A DNA stretch of 64,000 bases. Source: Clostridia bacterium. GTDB taxonomy: Bacteria > Bacillota > Clostridia > TANB77 > CAG-508. Below the pieces are notes generated by a model. That model saw nothing but the letters and a program-made list of their open reading frames with translations. It was not told where the DNA came from and searched no databases. The stretch spans positions 67,761-131,760 of the forward strand of contig JAAVXM010000025.1 in the NCBI GenBank assembly GCA_022790575.1, in the 5' to 3' direction. Position numbers and translations under genes: made by a program. Below are positions 41,822 through 53,203 of this stretch, piece by piece (positions within the stretch are counted from its first letter, which is position 1; every line of letters starts with the position of its first letter).

Positions 41822-43162
41822 TTATATTAATCCCATTTTTTGGTAAAAACTTGTCATTAATGCTTGTAACTCTGCGTCTGTTGCTGTGTTTAATACTGTT
41901 GCATTTTGTTCATTTAATGCTTCTATTTGTGCATCTGGTGCAAATGTTACTGTATTTTTATAGTTTAATCCCATTTCCATTGCTTCTTCACTAACATTTC
42001 CTTCATTTATTGACATTTTTACAGATATGCTTTCTTCTACATTATCTAATGTAAATAGGTTTTTATATGTTATTGTTAATTCACCTTCTGATATGACTTC
42101 TCCTGCATCTTGAAGTTTGAAATTCATTTTCATTGTTGCATCATTTCCATTTTTCTCTGTTGATATTGCAACAGTCATTATTTGTTGTCCTTCTTCATCA
42201 TATGCTTTAATTGTTATTTCATTTTCTGATATTTCTATCTCTATTTTCATGCTAACTTTTTCTTCTTCAAGTGCTAATAACTCACATTTTGTTACTTTTC
42301 TATTTTCTACATATAATTTAATTTCTAATTTGTTAGTGTCATCTCCTTGTTCTCCTTTTACTGCATCTAGTAATTGGTCTATTGATTCTTCAACTTGCTT
42401 TTTTGTAGAGTTTGTTAGTTTTTCTGATATTATTTCATCATTACGTAATTCTTCTAATATTTTTTCTACTACTTCTATTAATTTTGATTCAGGTATGTTT
42501 AATGTAATTATTGTTTGTTTGTCTTTCTTTTCTTTGCTGAATAGTTCTTCCCCTAAGTTGTCTCTTAATATCCCTATATATTTATTTTTTAGTTCTTTTT
42601 CCTCTTTTTCTGTAAATAGTGTTGTTGTTTCAAAGTCTATTTTGTCTGGTATTTCTGTTGAATCTATATCGAATTTTTCTGCTAATGCTTTTAGGTTTTC
42701 ATTTTTTATTGCTATGTATTTGCTATCTATTAAGTCTGTTTGTAATCCAAAAAAGTCATTGTCTCTTTTTAATTTTATTGGTACATTAACCCCTTGTGAT
42801 AAATCTATTGTTACATTTTGTTCTGATTTTTTCTCTTTTGAGTTTGTTGTTCCTTCAAATGTTATTTTTCCATTGTTTATCATTTGCATAACTTCTGCTG
42901 GAATTGTCTCATCTTCCATTTTTAAATTAACTGTTGTTTCACCTTTGTTTGTATATGGTGTTTTTCCTTTTTTCTCTGCATAATCTGCTATCTTGTTTTC
43001 TATTTCACTACTTTTTTTATCTTCTAATAAGTATGAGAAAAACATGTCTTTCTCTGATTTTAATGTATCTGTTGCAAAATACGCATATGCAACTCCTGCT
43101 CCCAATAAAATTGCAATTAGGATAATTACAAATATAATTTTATTTTTCACTTTTATCTCCAC
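41822..43162 (-). CDS. hypothetical membrane-anchored protein
   Basis: 446 aa; single N-terminal TM, E/K-rich extracytoplasmic region. Confidence 0.45.
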   Translation of the reverse strand: MEIKVKNKIIFVIILIAILLGAGVAYAYFATDTLKSEKDMFFSYLLEDKKSSEIENKIADYAEKKGKTPYTNKGETTVNLKMEDETIPAEVMQMINNGKITFEGTTNSKEKKSEQNVTIDLSQGVNVPIKLKRDNDFFGLQTDLIDSKYIAIKNENLKALAEKFDIDSTEIPDKIDFETTTLFTEKEEKELKNKYIGILRDNLGEELFSKEKKDKQTIITLNIPESKLIEVVEKILEELRNDEIISEKLTNSTKKQVEESIDQLLDAVKGEQGDDTNKLEIKLYVENRKVTKCELLALEEEKVSMKIEIEISENEITIKAYDEEGQQIMTVAISTEKNGNDATMKMNFKLQDAGEVISEGELTITYKNLFTLDNVEESISVKMSINEGNVSEEAMEMGLNYKNTVTFAPDAQIEALNEQNATVLNTATDAELQALMTSFYQKMGLI

Positions 43163-43189
43163 CTTTTATTTTATATTTTTTTCTGGTTA

Positions 43190-43915
43190 CTATTCTTCCC
43201 AGTTATGATATACATCCATTACATCATCTAAGTCTTCTAACTTTTCTATTAGCCTCTCCATCTTTTCTTTTCCTGCTTCGTCTAATGATACTGTTGTTGT
43301 TGGTATCATTTGAACTTCTGCTTCTAAAAATGTTAGACCTGATTTCTCTAGGCTTTCTCTTACTTCTGTAAATCCTGATGGTTCTGTTGTTATTTCATAT
43401 ACTTCTTCTAGTATGTTGAAGTCTTCCGCTCCTGCTTCTAATGCTAACATCATTATTTCGTCTTCTTCCATTTTTACTGTTGCTTTTTCTATTACAATTA
43501 TCCCTTTTTTGTTGAACATATATGATACACATCCTGTTGTTCCTAAGTTCCCTCCAGATTTGTCAAATATATGCCTTACTTCTGATGCTGTTCTGTTTCT
43601 ATTGTCTGTGTTAGCATTTACTATTACAGCTACTCCGTTTGGTCCATATCCTTCATATACTATTTCTTCATATGTTGTCGAACTTCCTTCTCCTGATGCT
43701 TTTTTTATTGCATTGTTTATTGTGTCATTTGGCATATTAGCAGCTTTACATTTTGCTATAACATCTTTTAATTTTGAGTTCCCTGCTACGTCTGGTCCTC
43801 CTTGTTTTACTGCGATTAATAGTTCTCTTCCTAGTTTAGTAAATATTTTTCCTCTTGCTGCATCTGCTTTTCCCTTTTTTGCCTGTATATTATGCCACTT
43901 ACTGTGTCCTGACAT
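43190..43915 (-). CDS. yebC: YebC/PmpR family DNA-binding transcriptional regulator
   Basis: 241 aa; [15 protein letters not shown]...FTKLGRE hallmark N-terminus. Confidence 0.9.
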   Translation of the reverse strand: MSGHSKWHNIQAKKGKADAARGKIFTKLGRELLIAVKQGGPDVAGNSKLKDVIAKCKAANMPNDTINNAIKKASGEGSSTTYEEIVYEGYGPNGVAVIVNANTDNRNRTASEVRHIFDKSGGNLGTTGCVSYMFNKKGIIVIEKATVKMEEDEIMMLALEAGAEDFNILEEVYEITTEPSGFTEVRESLEKSGLTFLEAEVQMIPTTTVSLDEAGKEKMERLIEKLEDLDDVMDVYHNWEE

Positions 43916-44166
43916 GGCGAATCACCCCCTTTATTTTTCCTTGTATTTAAGCATTTTTCAAGGTTTTTACTTGTATTATTTTGGCAATTTTTTCATGCTA
44001 TTTTTCTACCCCAAAGCATTATATCACATTATTTTAAATTTGTGTAGTATTTTTCACAAATAAAACTTGTATCTTGCTCACCACAGTTGTATTTTATTTT
44101 TTATAACTTTAATTCATTAGTTCTTCTATTTTATCAAAATTATTTAATTCATTTTCATAAGAATTT

Positions 44167-44541
44167 CTATTTTATTTTTTTATAAGTGTTTTCACAAGAT
44201 TTACAAGTAATTTTCATTTCATAACTAGCTACCTTTTTATCTAATATTGTAATTAATGGTTCATTATCTTTTGAACAACAAAATCTGTTTTTTATTATAA
44301 CTAATTCATCATTACATTCTTTTCCTGTCTTACTATCTTCAAAATCTAGTAATGCACTACCTTGACTTCCACAATTACATTCATATTTTAATTCTAACCT
44401 ATCATATGTTGAATAGCATAAATACCCTATGTTTTCATTACATTTTTCACAATACATCCATCCTCCATAATTAGTCGCTAACCTTGTGTTTATTAATTCT
44501 TTATTTTTTAATATCCTTGCCATAATTTTCTTTCCTTTCAA
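44167..44541 (-). CDS. hypothetical Cys-rich (zinc-ribbon-like) protein
   Basis: 124 aa; CxxC...CxC and CxxC pairs. Confidence 0.4.
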   Translation of the reverse strand: MKGKKIMARILKNKELINTRLATNYGGWMYCEKCNENIGYLCYSTYDRLELKYECNCGSQGSALLDFEDSKTGKECNDELVIIKNRFCCSKDNEPLITILDKKVASYEMKITCKSCENTYKKIK

Positions 44542-44583
44542 TATTATAATTTATTTATATTAAAGTAATATTTTCCTTTCGTG

Positions 44584-45138
44584 TTATAACTCTTTTATGA
44601 TTCTGCAGGGATTTCCTACTGCTACTACATTTGATGGTATATCTTTATTGACTATACTCCCTGCGCCAATTACAACATTATCTCCAATAGTCACTCCTGG
44701 AAGTACAACAACATTCCCTCCAATCCATACATTATTTCCAACTTTAATTGGTTTTGCATATTCTAATCCTTCATTTCTTCTTTTGACATCTAATGGATGT
44801 CCTGCTGTGTAAAAGCTACAATTAGGTGCAATAAATATATTATCTCCAAATTGAACTTTGTTACAATCTAATATGATTAAATTATGGTTAGCATAAAAGT
44901 TTTCCCCTACTTCTATATTATATCCATAATCACATATGAAAGGCTGTTCAATGTAGAAATTTTCTTTACATTTCCCTAAAATACTTTTCATTAGACTTGT
45001 TCTTCTCTCTATATCTGATGGTTTTATATTATTATATTCAAAGCATTTATCTTTCGCTTTTATTCTCTCTTTTACAAGTTCTTCATCATAATTAGCATTA
45101 TATATTTCTCCTGCTAACATCTTATCTTTTTCAGACAT
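44584..45138 (-). CDS. maa: maltose/galactoside O-acetyltransferase (hexapeptide-repeat), start at MSEKD with GGAGGG RBS
   Basis: Left-handed beta-helix hexapeptide repeats; N-terminal Mac domain-like MSEKDKMLAGEIYNANYDEEL. Confidence 0.8.
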   Translation of the reverse strand: MSEKDKMLAGEIYNANYDEELVKERIKAKDKCFEYNNIKPSDIERRTSLMKSILGKCKENFYIEQPFICDYGYNIEVGENFYANHNLIILDCNKVQFGDNIFIAPNCSFYTAGHPLDVKRRNEGLEYAKPIKVGNNVWIGGNVVVLPGVTIGDNVVIGAGSIVNKDIPSNVVAVGNPCRIIKEL

Positions 45139-45207
45139 ATTATTATCCCTCCACCTATAACCTATAATAAGAAACTGTAAGTTGTCTTGCAGATTCAACT
45201 TTTTATT

Positions 45208-45765
45208 TTATCTTTCTTCTCTCTCTTTAATAAATTTTAATTGTTTTGAAATACTATCTAAAAAATCTATTCTTTTTTTTATTTTATCTGGATGATGTGC
45301 TTTTGCATCTGCATATTGTAATGTTAAAAGCTTTTTTACCATTTCATAAGAATTATCTAAATGTTCTGTTTCTATTGGTGTATCATGTTTTAAAACCAGA
45401 TAACACACATTACCAATAAAGTCTTCACTATATCCAAGTCTAGTTAAAATTTTCATACTTATTTCTTTTGATACTTCTGGATGTCCATGAAAATGCCTTA
45501 TTTCGTCATCTTGATATGAAAATGGTTTACCAATATCATGTAATAGACCAGCCATTTTTAATTCTATATCAGATTCGTCGTTTAGATTTCTTAAAACAGC
45601 TAATGTATGCTTCCATACATCTAAATTATGATGTGGATGTCTATGTTCAAACCCTACCATACTTTTTAATTCAGGAATATATTTAAACATTCTCTCTTGA
45701 TTTTCTTGCAAAGTATTAAAAAGCAGTATTTTTCGTATTTTATCTCTAGTTCCTTCTGGTTCCAT
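45208..45765 (-). CDS. HD domain phosphohydrolase
   Basis: 185 aa; H...HD (LHDIGKP) metal-binding motifs. Confidence 0.7.
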   Translation of the reverse strand: MEPEGTRDKIRKILLFNTLQENQERMFKYIPELKSMVGFEHRHPHHNLDVWKHTLAVLRNLNDESDIELKMAGLLHDIGKPFSYQDDEIRHFHGHPEVSKEISMKILTRLGYSEDFIGNVCYLVLKHDTPIETEHLDNSYEMVKKLLTLQYADAKAHHPDKIKKRIDFLDSISKQLKFIKEREER

Positions 45766-45994
45766 ATTATTACCTCACATATTTAAGTAAAAAACTACTA
45801 TCTTGTGTTTCGATTATATCATAAATGACAAGTAGCTTTCAACTCGATTACCTGTAATTTGTATTACTGATTTAATTCTTTTTCTAAATCATTCATACAA
45901 TTAAAGTTAAAATTGCAAATACAAGACTTAAAATCAAAAATATTTTTACTTTTAATTTTTCTTTATTCATAACTTTTATATCTCCTTTATATAT

Positions 45995-46879
45995 TTAGTT
46001 AATAGTTGTTATCACAAATACATTATCCGTTTTAAAATTTTCTTCTGTTATATCTTCGTTGTATAAAACCCAATATAAGTGATTATTATTTTTATATTCT
46101 GATATATAATTAAATTCTTTCAATTCAATTATTCTATCAGTTTCTGCTGAAAATTTATCTCTAGTATTATCAGTAACTATATATAATTTATCTGATTTCT
46201 CGTAATATAAAATATCTGTTAAGATTAAATCTCCTTCAACAGTATTTTGAGCCACTCTAATAAATGCTGTCTTTTTATTTTTGTAGTTCTCCATAAATTC
46301 GCTATATAAATTATCATTATGAACCATTACACCTATAACAAAACAGTTACCTTTTTGAGCATCAAAAGTTTTATATTCCTTTGATAAATTTCTTATATCT
46401 CTATTTTTAACAATAGTATATGGTAACACATCTTTAGCCACAACCGAATTTGCTCCAATGACTGCTCCATTTCCTATATGAACTCCTGGCATTATAGTTA
46501 CATTTTGCCCTATCCATACATCATTTCCAATAATAGTATCTCCCTTATTTGGCAATTCTAATAAATGTTCAATATTTACTTCACTTTTCTCTTGCATTAT
46601 TGCTGTAAATGGATATGTTGTAATTGCACTTAAGTTGTGGTTTGCAGCATTCATTATAAACCTAACATTTTCACCTATCGAACAAAACTTCCCTATCACC
46701 AATTTATCTCCAAATTCTTCATAATGATATAAAACACAATCTTTTTCAAAATTCTCTACATCTTTTTCACAATTATAATATGTATAATCTCCAATTATAA
46801 TATTGGGATTTTTTATCACATTATTTATATAACAAATATTTTTTAAGTTCTTATTTGGATAAAGTTCATTTGCATTCAT
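45995..46879 (-). CDS. xenobiotic acyltransferase (XAT/Vat/CatB-like hexapeptide acetyltransferase) with ~110-aa C-terminal extension
   Basis: N-terminal 180 aa closely resemble Vat/CatB hexapeptide-acetyltransferase region ...[23 protein letters not shown]...[33 protein letters not shown]. Confidence 0.7.
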   Translation of the reverse strand: MNANELYPNKNLKNICYINNVIKNPNIIIGDYTYYNCEKDVENFEKDCVLYHYEEFGDKLVIGKFCSIGENVRFIMNAANHNLSAITTYPFTAIMQEKSEVNIEHLLELPNKGDTIIGNDVWIGQNVTIMPGVHIGNGAVIGANSVVAKDVLPYTIVKNRDIRNLSKEYKTFDAQKGNCFVIGVMVHNDNLYSEFMENYKNKKTAFIRVAQNTVEGDLILTDILYYEKSDKLYIVTDNTRDKFSAETDRIIELKEFNYISEYKNNNHLYWVLYNEDITEENFKTDNVFVITTIN

Positions 46880-46908
46880 ATAATATTTCTCCTCTTTTTT
46901 AACTATTT

Positions 46909-49353
46909 TTATTTCAATGAATTTTCAAGAACTTCTGCTAAGTACTTTACACTATTTAATGCTTGTTCTATAGTATTCCAGTTTTCTCCAACTTCAATTA
47001 GAACAGCATGTTTAGCTACATCTTGATTATATTCTCTCTCTCTTATTAATATTGGACTAAATAATCCTGGGTACATTTCATTTGCTTTGTTTTGCATATC
47101 TATAGCAAATTTCAAATCATACATCCAGTTTTTATCTTCTTTATTTATTCCTATAACAAATCTTAACTTAGCTACTTCTTCTCCATTTATATCTATCTTA
47201 GGCGCTTCATATTCTTGCTCTGAATAGGAATCTCTATGTATATCTAATACTACACTTATATCTTTATTTTTATTTAATATCTCTTTTACATCAACTTTTG
47301 CTCTATCATATGCTCCAGCTGTTGATGGCAAATCATAATATTTAGTTTGATGAATAACATTAAAATTTTTACCTTTAAGTAATTCTGTTAGATAATTTCC
47401 TATTTTAATCACATTGTAGTTTTCATCTAAACTCCTATAAAACTTATATGTATCATATTTTTTATCTGATTTATAGCTTTCTGAACCATGTGTATGATAT
47501 ATTAAAATGTTTTTATTGGTTTCAACATTTAAAGTTTCTAAGTTTTCTTCCTCTATATTTATATCTGTATCATTAATAATGCTAACTCCTAATAGATAAT
47601 ATTTTTCCTTTAACTGGGCCTCTCTATATATGTTGTCCAATTTTTTAATATATACATTATTAGTTTCATATATATTTTGCTCTTTTATAACTTCTTCTAT
47701 CTCTTTTTTTGTTTCACTATATTCATCTAATATAATTTTTATAAATTTTTCTATAATTTTATCATATTGTGGATTGTTTTGTTTTTCTAATTCTGTTACA
47801 ATACTATCTACAGCACTCATTTTTGTTATAATTTTATCTAAATTGCTTTTTTTCATATTTTTGTATTGTAAAATCTTCTCATAATATCGCTCTAAGATTT
47901 CTTTTTTGTTTTCACAATTTGAGTTTATATAACAAAATACTATATTGTAATATATTTCAATATAATCATATCTTTCAACTTTAATTATCTTCTCATATTC
48001 TTTGGCAATTTTGTAGTTTATTTCTTTATATTCATCAGAAGATATATCTAACTTTTTCATTTCTTCTGCTAATTTTGGTATCTTATTATATGCACTATAA
48101 ATTTGAGGGTTTATTACTAAATAACTACATATTATGATTCCTATCATAAGTAGTATAACAGGTATAGTTATCTTCTTTTCTTTTTCTGTTTCTTCTGCTT
48201 TCTTTTTTACATTATTAGATAAAATTCCTATCAGCCCAAAAACATATACTAGTACCCATATATATTCTAAATTCATATTTATTATACTGTGTATTACTAC
48301 AACCATTAACGCAAACCAAATTGTTAACATTTCTACATTTTTATTTTTTATTAGTTGTATGAATATCTTAAGCAAAATTATTGCTATTCCTATATATGCT
48401 ATTATTTCTAATAACCTAAATTCTAAAATGATTTTGGCAGGATAATTTTTTGTTATTGTTATTTTTTCTTGTATTGTTCTCTCAAATATGTTTTCTACAT
48501 TTTTAGTATCATAATTTTGTTCAATCTTTCTTGTATAATCTTCATTGTCTTCATAATTGTTTAATTCTATTATTATATATGAGGCTACTAGTGTGACCAC
48601 AATAGCTGCAATTATACCAATCTTTTTTATGTCAATCTTTTTGCTCTCCATCATTATTATATTTATTGCATAATCTATTAACAATAGCATTATTAGTTCT
48701 ATCCAAGCTAAAGTATAACATTCTAATCTACATAGTTTTTGAAATGATATAATAAACATTATTGCCAGTAAACTTGATATTACAATGTTTTCTATTACTT
48801 CTATCTTTTGTTTTTTATCTTTTATTATTATTATATATGGTATTAATAGTATTGGTAAAATCAAATATGTTCCTTTACTATATGTTAATATTATTCCTAT
48901 TATGAATATTAATGTTGATGTTTTGTATATTGCTTGTATCTTTTTATTTTCTTGTTTTAAATAATTGTTTATATTGAAAAATAATACACTTGCTATAAAT
49001 GTAGATAATATATTTGAATAGCCAAATAAGGATATTAGATTGTTCTCTCCATTATAAACTCCTCCCCCTATATTTGTTAGCAGATTATTAAGTATTCCTG
49101 TTGTTATCCCATCTATTCCTATAAATATTAATATTATTGTAATGGTTATTAATATATTGGAAATCACTTCATTTACTTTATTATGTTTTTTACAGATTAT
49201 CCTAAACAGCATGTATATACATAATGCCAATATATATTTGAGTATTGTCTGTATTGTTCCTGTTAAGCTTACATATGTATTAAATATTAATGGTAAACTT
49301 GTTGATAATGCTAATACTATTACACATATATCTAATTTATTTATTTTTTTCAT
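46909..49353 (-). CDS. fusion protein: polytopic O-antigen-ligase/Wzy-like membrane domain + coiled linker + C-terminal SpoIIP-family (stage II sporulation protein P-like) domain
   Basis: 814 aa; ~10 predicted TMs in first 450 aa with [10 protein letters not shown] Wzy_C-like block; C-terminal [10 protein letters not shown]...DIHRDS matches SpoIIP amidase family signature. Confidence 0.6.
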   Translation of the reverse strand: MKKINKLDICVIVLALSTSLPLIFNTYVSLTGTIQTILKYILALCIYMLFRIICKKHNKVNEVISNILITITIILIFIGIDGITTGILNNLLTNIGGGVYNGENNLISLFGYSNILSTFIASVLFFNINNYLKQENKKIQAIYKTSTLIFIIGIILTYSKGTYLILPILLIPYIIIIKDKKQKIEVIENIVISSLLAIMFIISFQKLCRLECYTLAWIELIMLLLIDYAINIIMMESKKIDIKKIGIIAAIVVTLVASYIIIELNNYEDNEDYTRKIEQNYDTKNVENIFERTIQEKITITKNYPAKIILEFRLLEIIAYIGIAIILLKIFIQLIKNKNVEMLTIWFALMVVVIHSIINMNLEYIWVLVYVFGLIGILSNNVKKKAEETEKEKKITIPVILLMIGIIICSYLVINPQIYSAYNKIPKLAEEMKKLDISSDEYKEINYKIAKEYEKIIKVERYDYIEIYYNIVFCYINSNCENKKEILERYYEKILQYKNMKKSNLDKIITKMSAVDSIVTELEKQNNPQYDKIIEKFIKIILDEYSETKKEIEEVIKEQNIYETNNVYIKKLDNIYREAQLKEKYYLLGVSIINDTDINIEEENLETLNVETNKNILIYHTHGSESYKSDKKYDTYKFYRSLDENYNVIKIGNYLTELLKGKNFNVIHQTKYYDLPSTAGAYDRAKVDVKEILNKNKDISVVLDIHRDSYSEQEYEAPKIDINGEEVAKLRFVIGINKEDKNWMYDLKFAIDMQNKANEMYPGLFSPILIREREYNQDVAKHAVLIEVGENWNTIEQALNSVKYLAEVLENSLK

Positions 49354-49374
49354 CTTTTCTTCCTTATCTGGTTT

Positions 49375-49795
49375 TTATATCTCTTTTATACGAATTAAAA
49401 TTTTTTCATCTGTAATCCCTATTTTTTGATACTCATTGGTAAATTCAGTATAACTCCATACAGGAGAATATACTTCTTTTTGTTCTCCTTTATAAGTAAT
49501 GATATTATATATACTATTTTTGCTAATACATTCTGTTAATGAACTATATTCTGGTATATCTGTTTGCAAAAAACCGTTTAAAAATCTCCTCAAATTCGTT
49601 TTTCCATAACTCTTCTGCTAGTATTCTATTTATAACAATATATATATCAAATTCGTCCTCTGGGTTATACTTTTTTTCAATAAATTGTTCTACTTTTTGA
49701 GCTTGAAACTTCTCAATTATATCAGCAGGAAGTTTGACAGAACATTCTTCAAATTCTAGCACTACATTCTCATAATCAATATTTGTTTCCAACAT
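49375..49795 (-). pseudogene. small hypothetical gene split by a 1-nt frameshift in a T6 homopolymer (~49558)
   Basis: ORFs 49544..49795 and 49375..49593 overlap; removing one T from the T6 run joins ...EIFKRF-LQTDIPEY... into one ~150-aa product. Confidence 0.45.
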
Positions 49796-49884
49796 TTTTT
49801 ATTTTCCTTTCCGATTTTTGGTAAATTATATCATAAAAGGAGGTAATCGTAAATACAATTCCCCCTAGTATAATAAAATTTATT

Positions 49885-50871
49885 TTATTGAACAATCTCT
49901 AAGCCACAATTTTTGCTCATATCAGAAAAAATGACAGTATTATCTTTTTTTAAAGTCACATTAATTAAAGAAGTAATGCTTTCGAAAATATCTTTTTCCA
50001 TTTTCCCTTCAACTGGTGCAAACAACTTCATTCCTGCATCATATTTAGATTGCAAATCTAAAGTATATGGTCCTTTTTTTAGAGTTATATTAAGAAAGTT
50101 GTTGGTAATATCATATTTTATTATTTTGGCATTATTATAAGTGGCAAACTTAAATTCTTGATTGTTTATTATAATAACGCAAATAACACCTCTGAAATTG
50201 ATAAGTTTGAATGGTATATCTGCTATTGAAAGCATAAAGCTAGCATTTGATTTTTGAAAGTTATTTCCCTGACACCAAATATATGACTTTGGAAATGAAC
50301 ATCCCCAGTCTTTTTCTATATACCCTGTATCATTATTAAAATTTATTATATTGTTATTAATATTTATTGAACCATTTATTCTATTTTTCATACTAAGTAT
50401 TGAATGATTACATTCCATAAATGGGATATAGGAAAATGGTCCCATTATATTGGGATAAAAACAGTTTGTATTAATATTTTCACTATTTGAATATTTAATT
50501 TCTCCCTGGATTTTAAGTTTCTGAGACTCATCTTTTATATCAATATAAAGCCCCTTTTTTGAAAAAACATTATTTGCAATTTGAATTTTAAAAGGGTTTA
50601 TTTCAAATTTAAAGTCATTTATATTATAGTTTACAAAATATAATGTCTCATTTGTAATTACTTGTATAAATGCTTTTTTGTCTTTACCTTCAATATTAAT
50701 ACCTGGAATAAAAGATATTCCATTTTCATTATTTGTATTTTTAAAATACCAACCTTCAAAGTAATTTTTATTTGCACTTAAATATTTTTCTCCCTGAAAT
50801 AGTTCAGGATTTCTCATTAAAAATAATCTTTTCATATATAAATTTTTTCCAAAATATACAATAATATTCAT
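49885..50871 (-). CDS. hypothetical protein (tocopherol-cyclase-like fold suspected)
   Basis: 328 aa; N-terminal FEGWYFK motif reminiscent of tocopherol cyclase-like family; weak. Confidence 0.35.
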   Translation of the reverse strand: MNIIVYFGKNLYMKRLFLMRNPELFQGEKYLSANKNYFEGWYFKNTNNENGISFIPGINIEGKDKKAFIQVITNETLYFVNYNINDFKFEINPFKIQIANNVFSKKGLYIDIKDESQKLKIQGEIKYSNSENINTNCFYPNIMGPFSYIPFMECNHSILSMKNRINGSININNNIINFNNDTGYIEKDWGCSFPKSYIWCQGNNFQKSNASFMLSIADIPFKLINFRGVICVIIINNQEFKFATYNNAKIIKYDITNNFLNITLKKGPYTLDLQSKYDAGMKLFAPVEGKMEKDIFESITSLINVTLKKDNTVIFSDMSKNCGLEIVQ

Positions 50872-50885
50872 TCTTTATATAGAGA

Positions 50886-52035
50886 TTACCCTATCTTCCC
50901 TTTTTTCTTTGAAATAATATTGGCAAGTATAATAAATAATACTGAGAATCCTAAAATAATTACCATATTTATAACTAAAGGACTTAATTCTTCAAAATTA
51001 AACTCCTCTAGAGTCTTTAATGCTTCATTTGTACTTATATAATAATATGTAGGTATTGCATGTGCAATTTTCAAAACAGAATCTGGTAACCATTCCATTG
51101 GTACAAATGCACCACATAAAAAACTTGAACCTAAGGCTATAACATTTACTATTCCATTTATTGCACCTTTATTATTAAATAAATTTCCTATTAAAAAAGC
51201 TATTGTTGTTGCGCAAATTGTTAATGTTAGAGAATTTAACATATATATTATTCCGTATTTTAGTTATCATTATATCTCCTAATATAATGAAACTTATTAT
51301 AACATAGAATATCCATAGAATTAGTGAATAACAACAATTTGATAATAGTAGTATTCTGTTATGCTTTTTATAATTTGTATTACTTACAGCTATTCTTTTT
51401 CTTATTCTTTCTTCATTAAAACTACTTAATATTAAACTAATAACGAGTAATAAACATGCTAATATACTATAGCTTGCAAAATTATAATAAAAAGTTGCCC
51501 TTGATAATGCATCTGTATCTAATTTGGAAGTGATTTCAACTTCTGCTTCTTTTGACAATGTTTCATTTATTTTATCTATCAGTTCTTTTTCATCTTGAAT
51601 GTTTTTTTGATATGTATTTGCAATCTTAATATACCTAGATAGTATCATTTCTTCAAATGCTGCATTATAATCTCCTGTACTCTTTATTTCTATTTCTGGA
51701 TTTTTTCCTTCCATAAAGTTTGTACTATAGTTTTCTGGAATATAAATTACATAGTTTATATCCCTATAGAACAAAGCATCATCTATCTTTTCTTGTGTAT
51801 TTTCAATATCAATTATATTACTTTTATCTGATATGTATTTTATTAAATTTTTTGTTATACTTTCTTCTTCATCATAATTTATAATTAGTACATCTGGCTT
51901 GCTTGAAACAAAACTCATGCTTTGTTCGCTTGTCTGCATATTAGAAACACCAAATATAAGTAGCATTATTGTATACATAATAACTATAAATTTATTTTTA
52001 TTAAATATCTTCCAAAATGTTTTAAATACTGTCAT
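50886..52035 (-). pseudogene. ABC-2 family transporter permease, disrupted by 1-nt frameshift in an A4 run (~51275)
   Basis: ORFs 51175..52035 and 50886..51242 are N- and C-terminal parts of a paralogue of the 52022..53203 permease; deleting one A restores ...ITKYGIIYMLNSLTL... Confidence 0.55.
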
Positions 52036-53203
52036 ATTTTTGCCTCCTTAAACTAAAGAATGAAATTGCTATTAATGCAACGGCAAAAATTAGTAATCCT
52101 ACAATATTAGTGTAATATCTTTCTAATGTATTATAATAATATAATGAGTAAAATCCATCTGTTATCATACTTGCTGGATTTATCTGATTTATGAATGGTA
52201 CATTTTTATCAACAATGTATTTCATTGAAATTCCCATCATTCCAGACAAGTAACACCATAACATTGTTAATGCAATTAAAACTCCTGTTTTTGCATTTTC
52301 ATTTATCTTGAATATGGTTCCAACAAATGTTCCAAGTGCCAGTCCTGCCAAACTTCCTGCCATTGCTAATAAGATTATCAAACCTGTATTGTCTCCATAA
52401 TCTACTTTTAATACTAAAAGTGTATATGCAAATAACATTGCAAGACCTATTAGCTGTACTATATAACTCGCAAATAAACTACTTAAAATTATTGTCCCCT
52501 TTTTCGTTGGCGAAACTGCTACTCTTTTTCCTTTATTGGACATATTTGCTAAGTTTTGATTTATTGATATTATACTTAGGCAACCACCATATAAGCAAGT
52601 CATTGCAATAAGTGTATAAAACTCTATCATTGTATAACTTAGATTATCATTTGAAGTATTTTTTAATTTAACATTATCTTCCTTGATTTTTTCTGAAATG
52701 TTATTATATATTTTCTCATAGTCTATACTATAATTTCCAGATGTAATTTCTTTTTGTATTTCTAATTCTGATAAGTTTTGTATCAACTCACTTGTTTGTT
52801 CAATTTCCTCTGTTACATATTTGAATATTGTTTCTTCTATTCCATTTGTAGTAAATGTTAATATTGTTTTATTTCCTTCTAACTTCATATATCCAATAAT
52901 TTCATCTTTATCAAGTAACTCCTTTGCTTTTTCTTCTGTTGTGTATTGTGTATTAAATAATCTTTCTTTGTTATTTTCATCACTTAATTCTCTAAATGAT
53001 GTTTTAAATACTTCATTATTTTGAAAATCCTCATTTTCAATTATTGCAATATCTATAATTTGCAATTTTTCACTATTTTCTATATTTGAAAAAGCCATGT
53101 TAAAAAGTGTGCCTAATATTATTGGAAATGCAAAAGTCCAAAATATTAACATCTTATTTCTAAAAAGCGTTTTAAAGGCATATTTAAAATTGTGAATAAA
53201 CAT
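52022..53203 (-). CDS. ABC-2 family transporter permease
   Basis: 393 aa; N-terminal TM, large extracytoplasmic loop, 5 C-terminal TMs. Confidence 0.7.
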   Translation of the reverse strand: MFIHNFKYAFKTLFRNKMLIFWTFAFPIILGTLFNMAFSNIENSEKLQIIDIAIIENEDFQNNEVFKTSFRELSDENNKERLFNTQYTTEEKAKELLDKDEIIGYMKLEGNKTILTFTTNGIEETIFKYVTEEIEQTSELIQNLSELEIQKEITSGNYSIDYEKIYNNISEKIKEDNVKLKNTSNDNLSYTMIEFYTLIAMTCLYGGCLSIISINQNLANMSNKGKRVAVSPTKKGTIILSSLFASYIVQLIGLAMLFAYTLLVLKVDYGDNTGLIILLAMAGSLAGLALGTFVGTIFKINENAKTGVLIALTMLWCYLSGMMGISMKYIVDKNVPFINQINPASMITDGFYSLYYYNTLERYYTNIVGLLIFAVALIAISFFSLRRQKYDSI

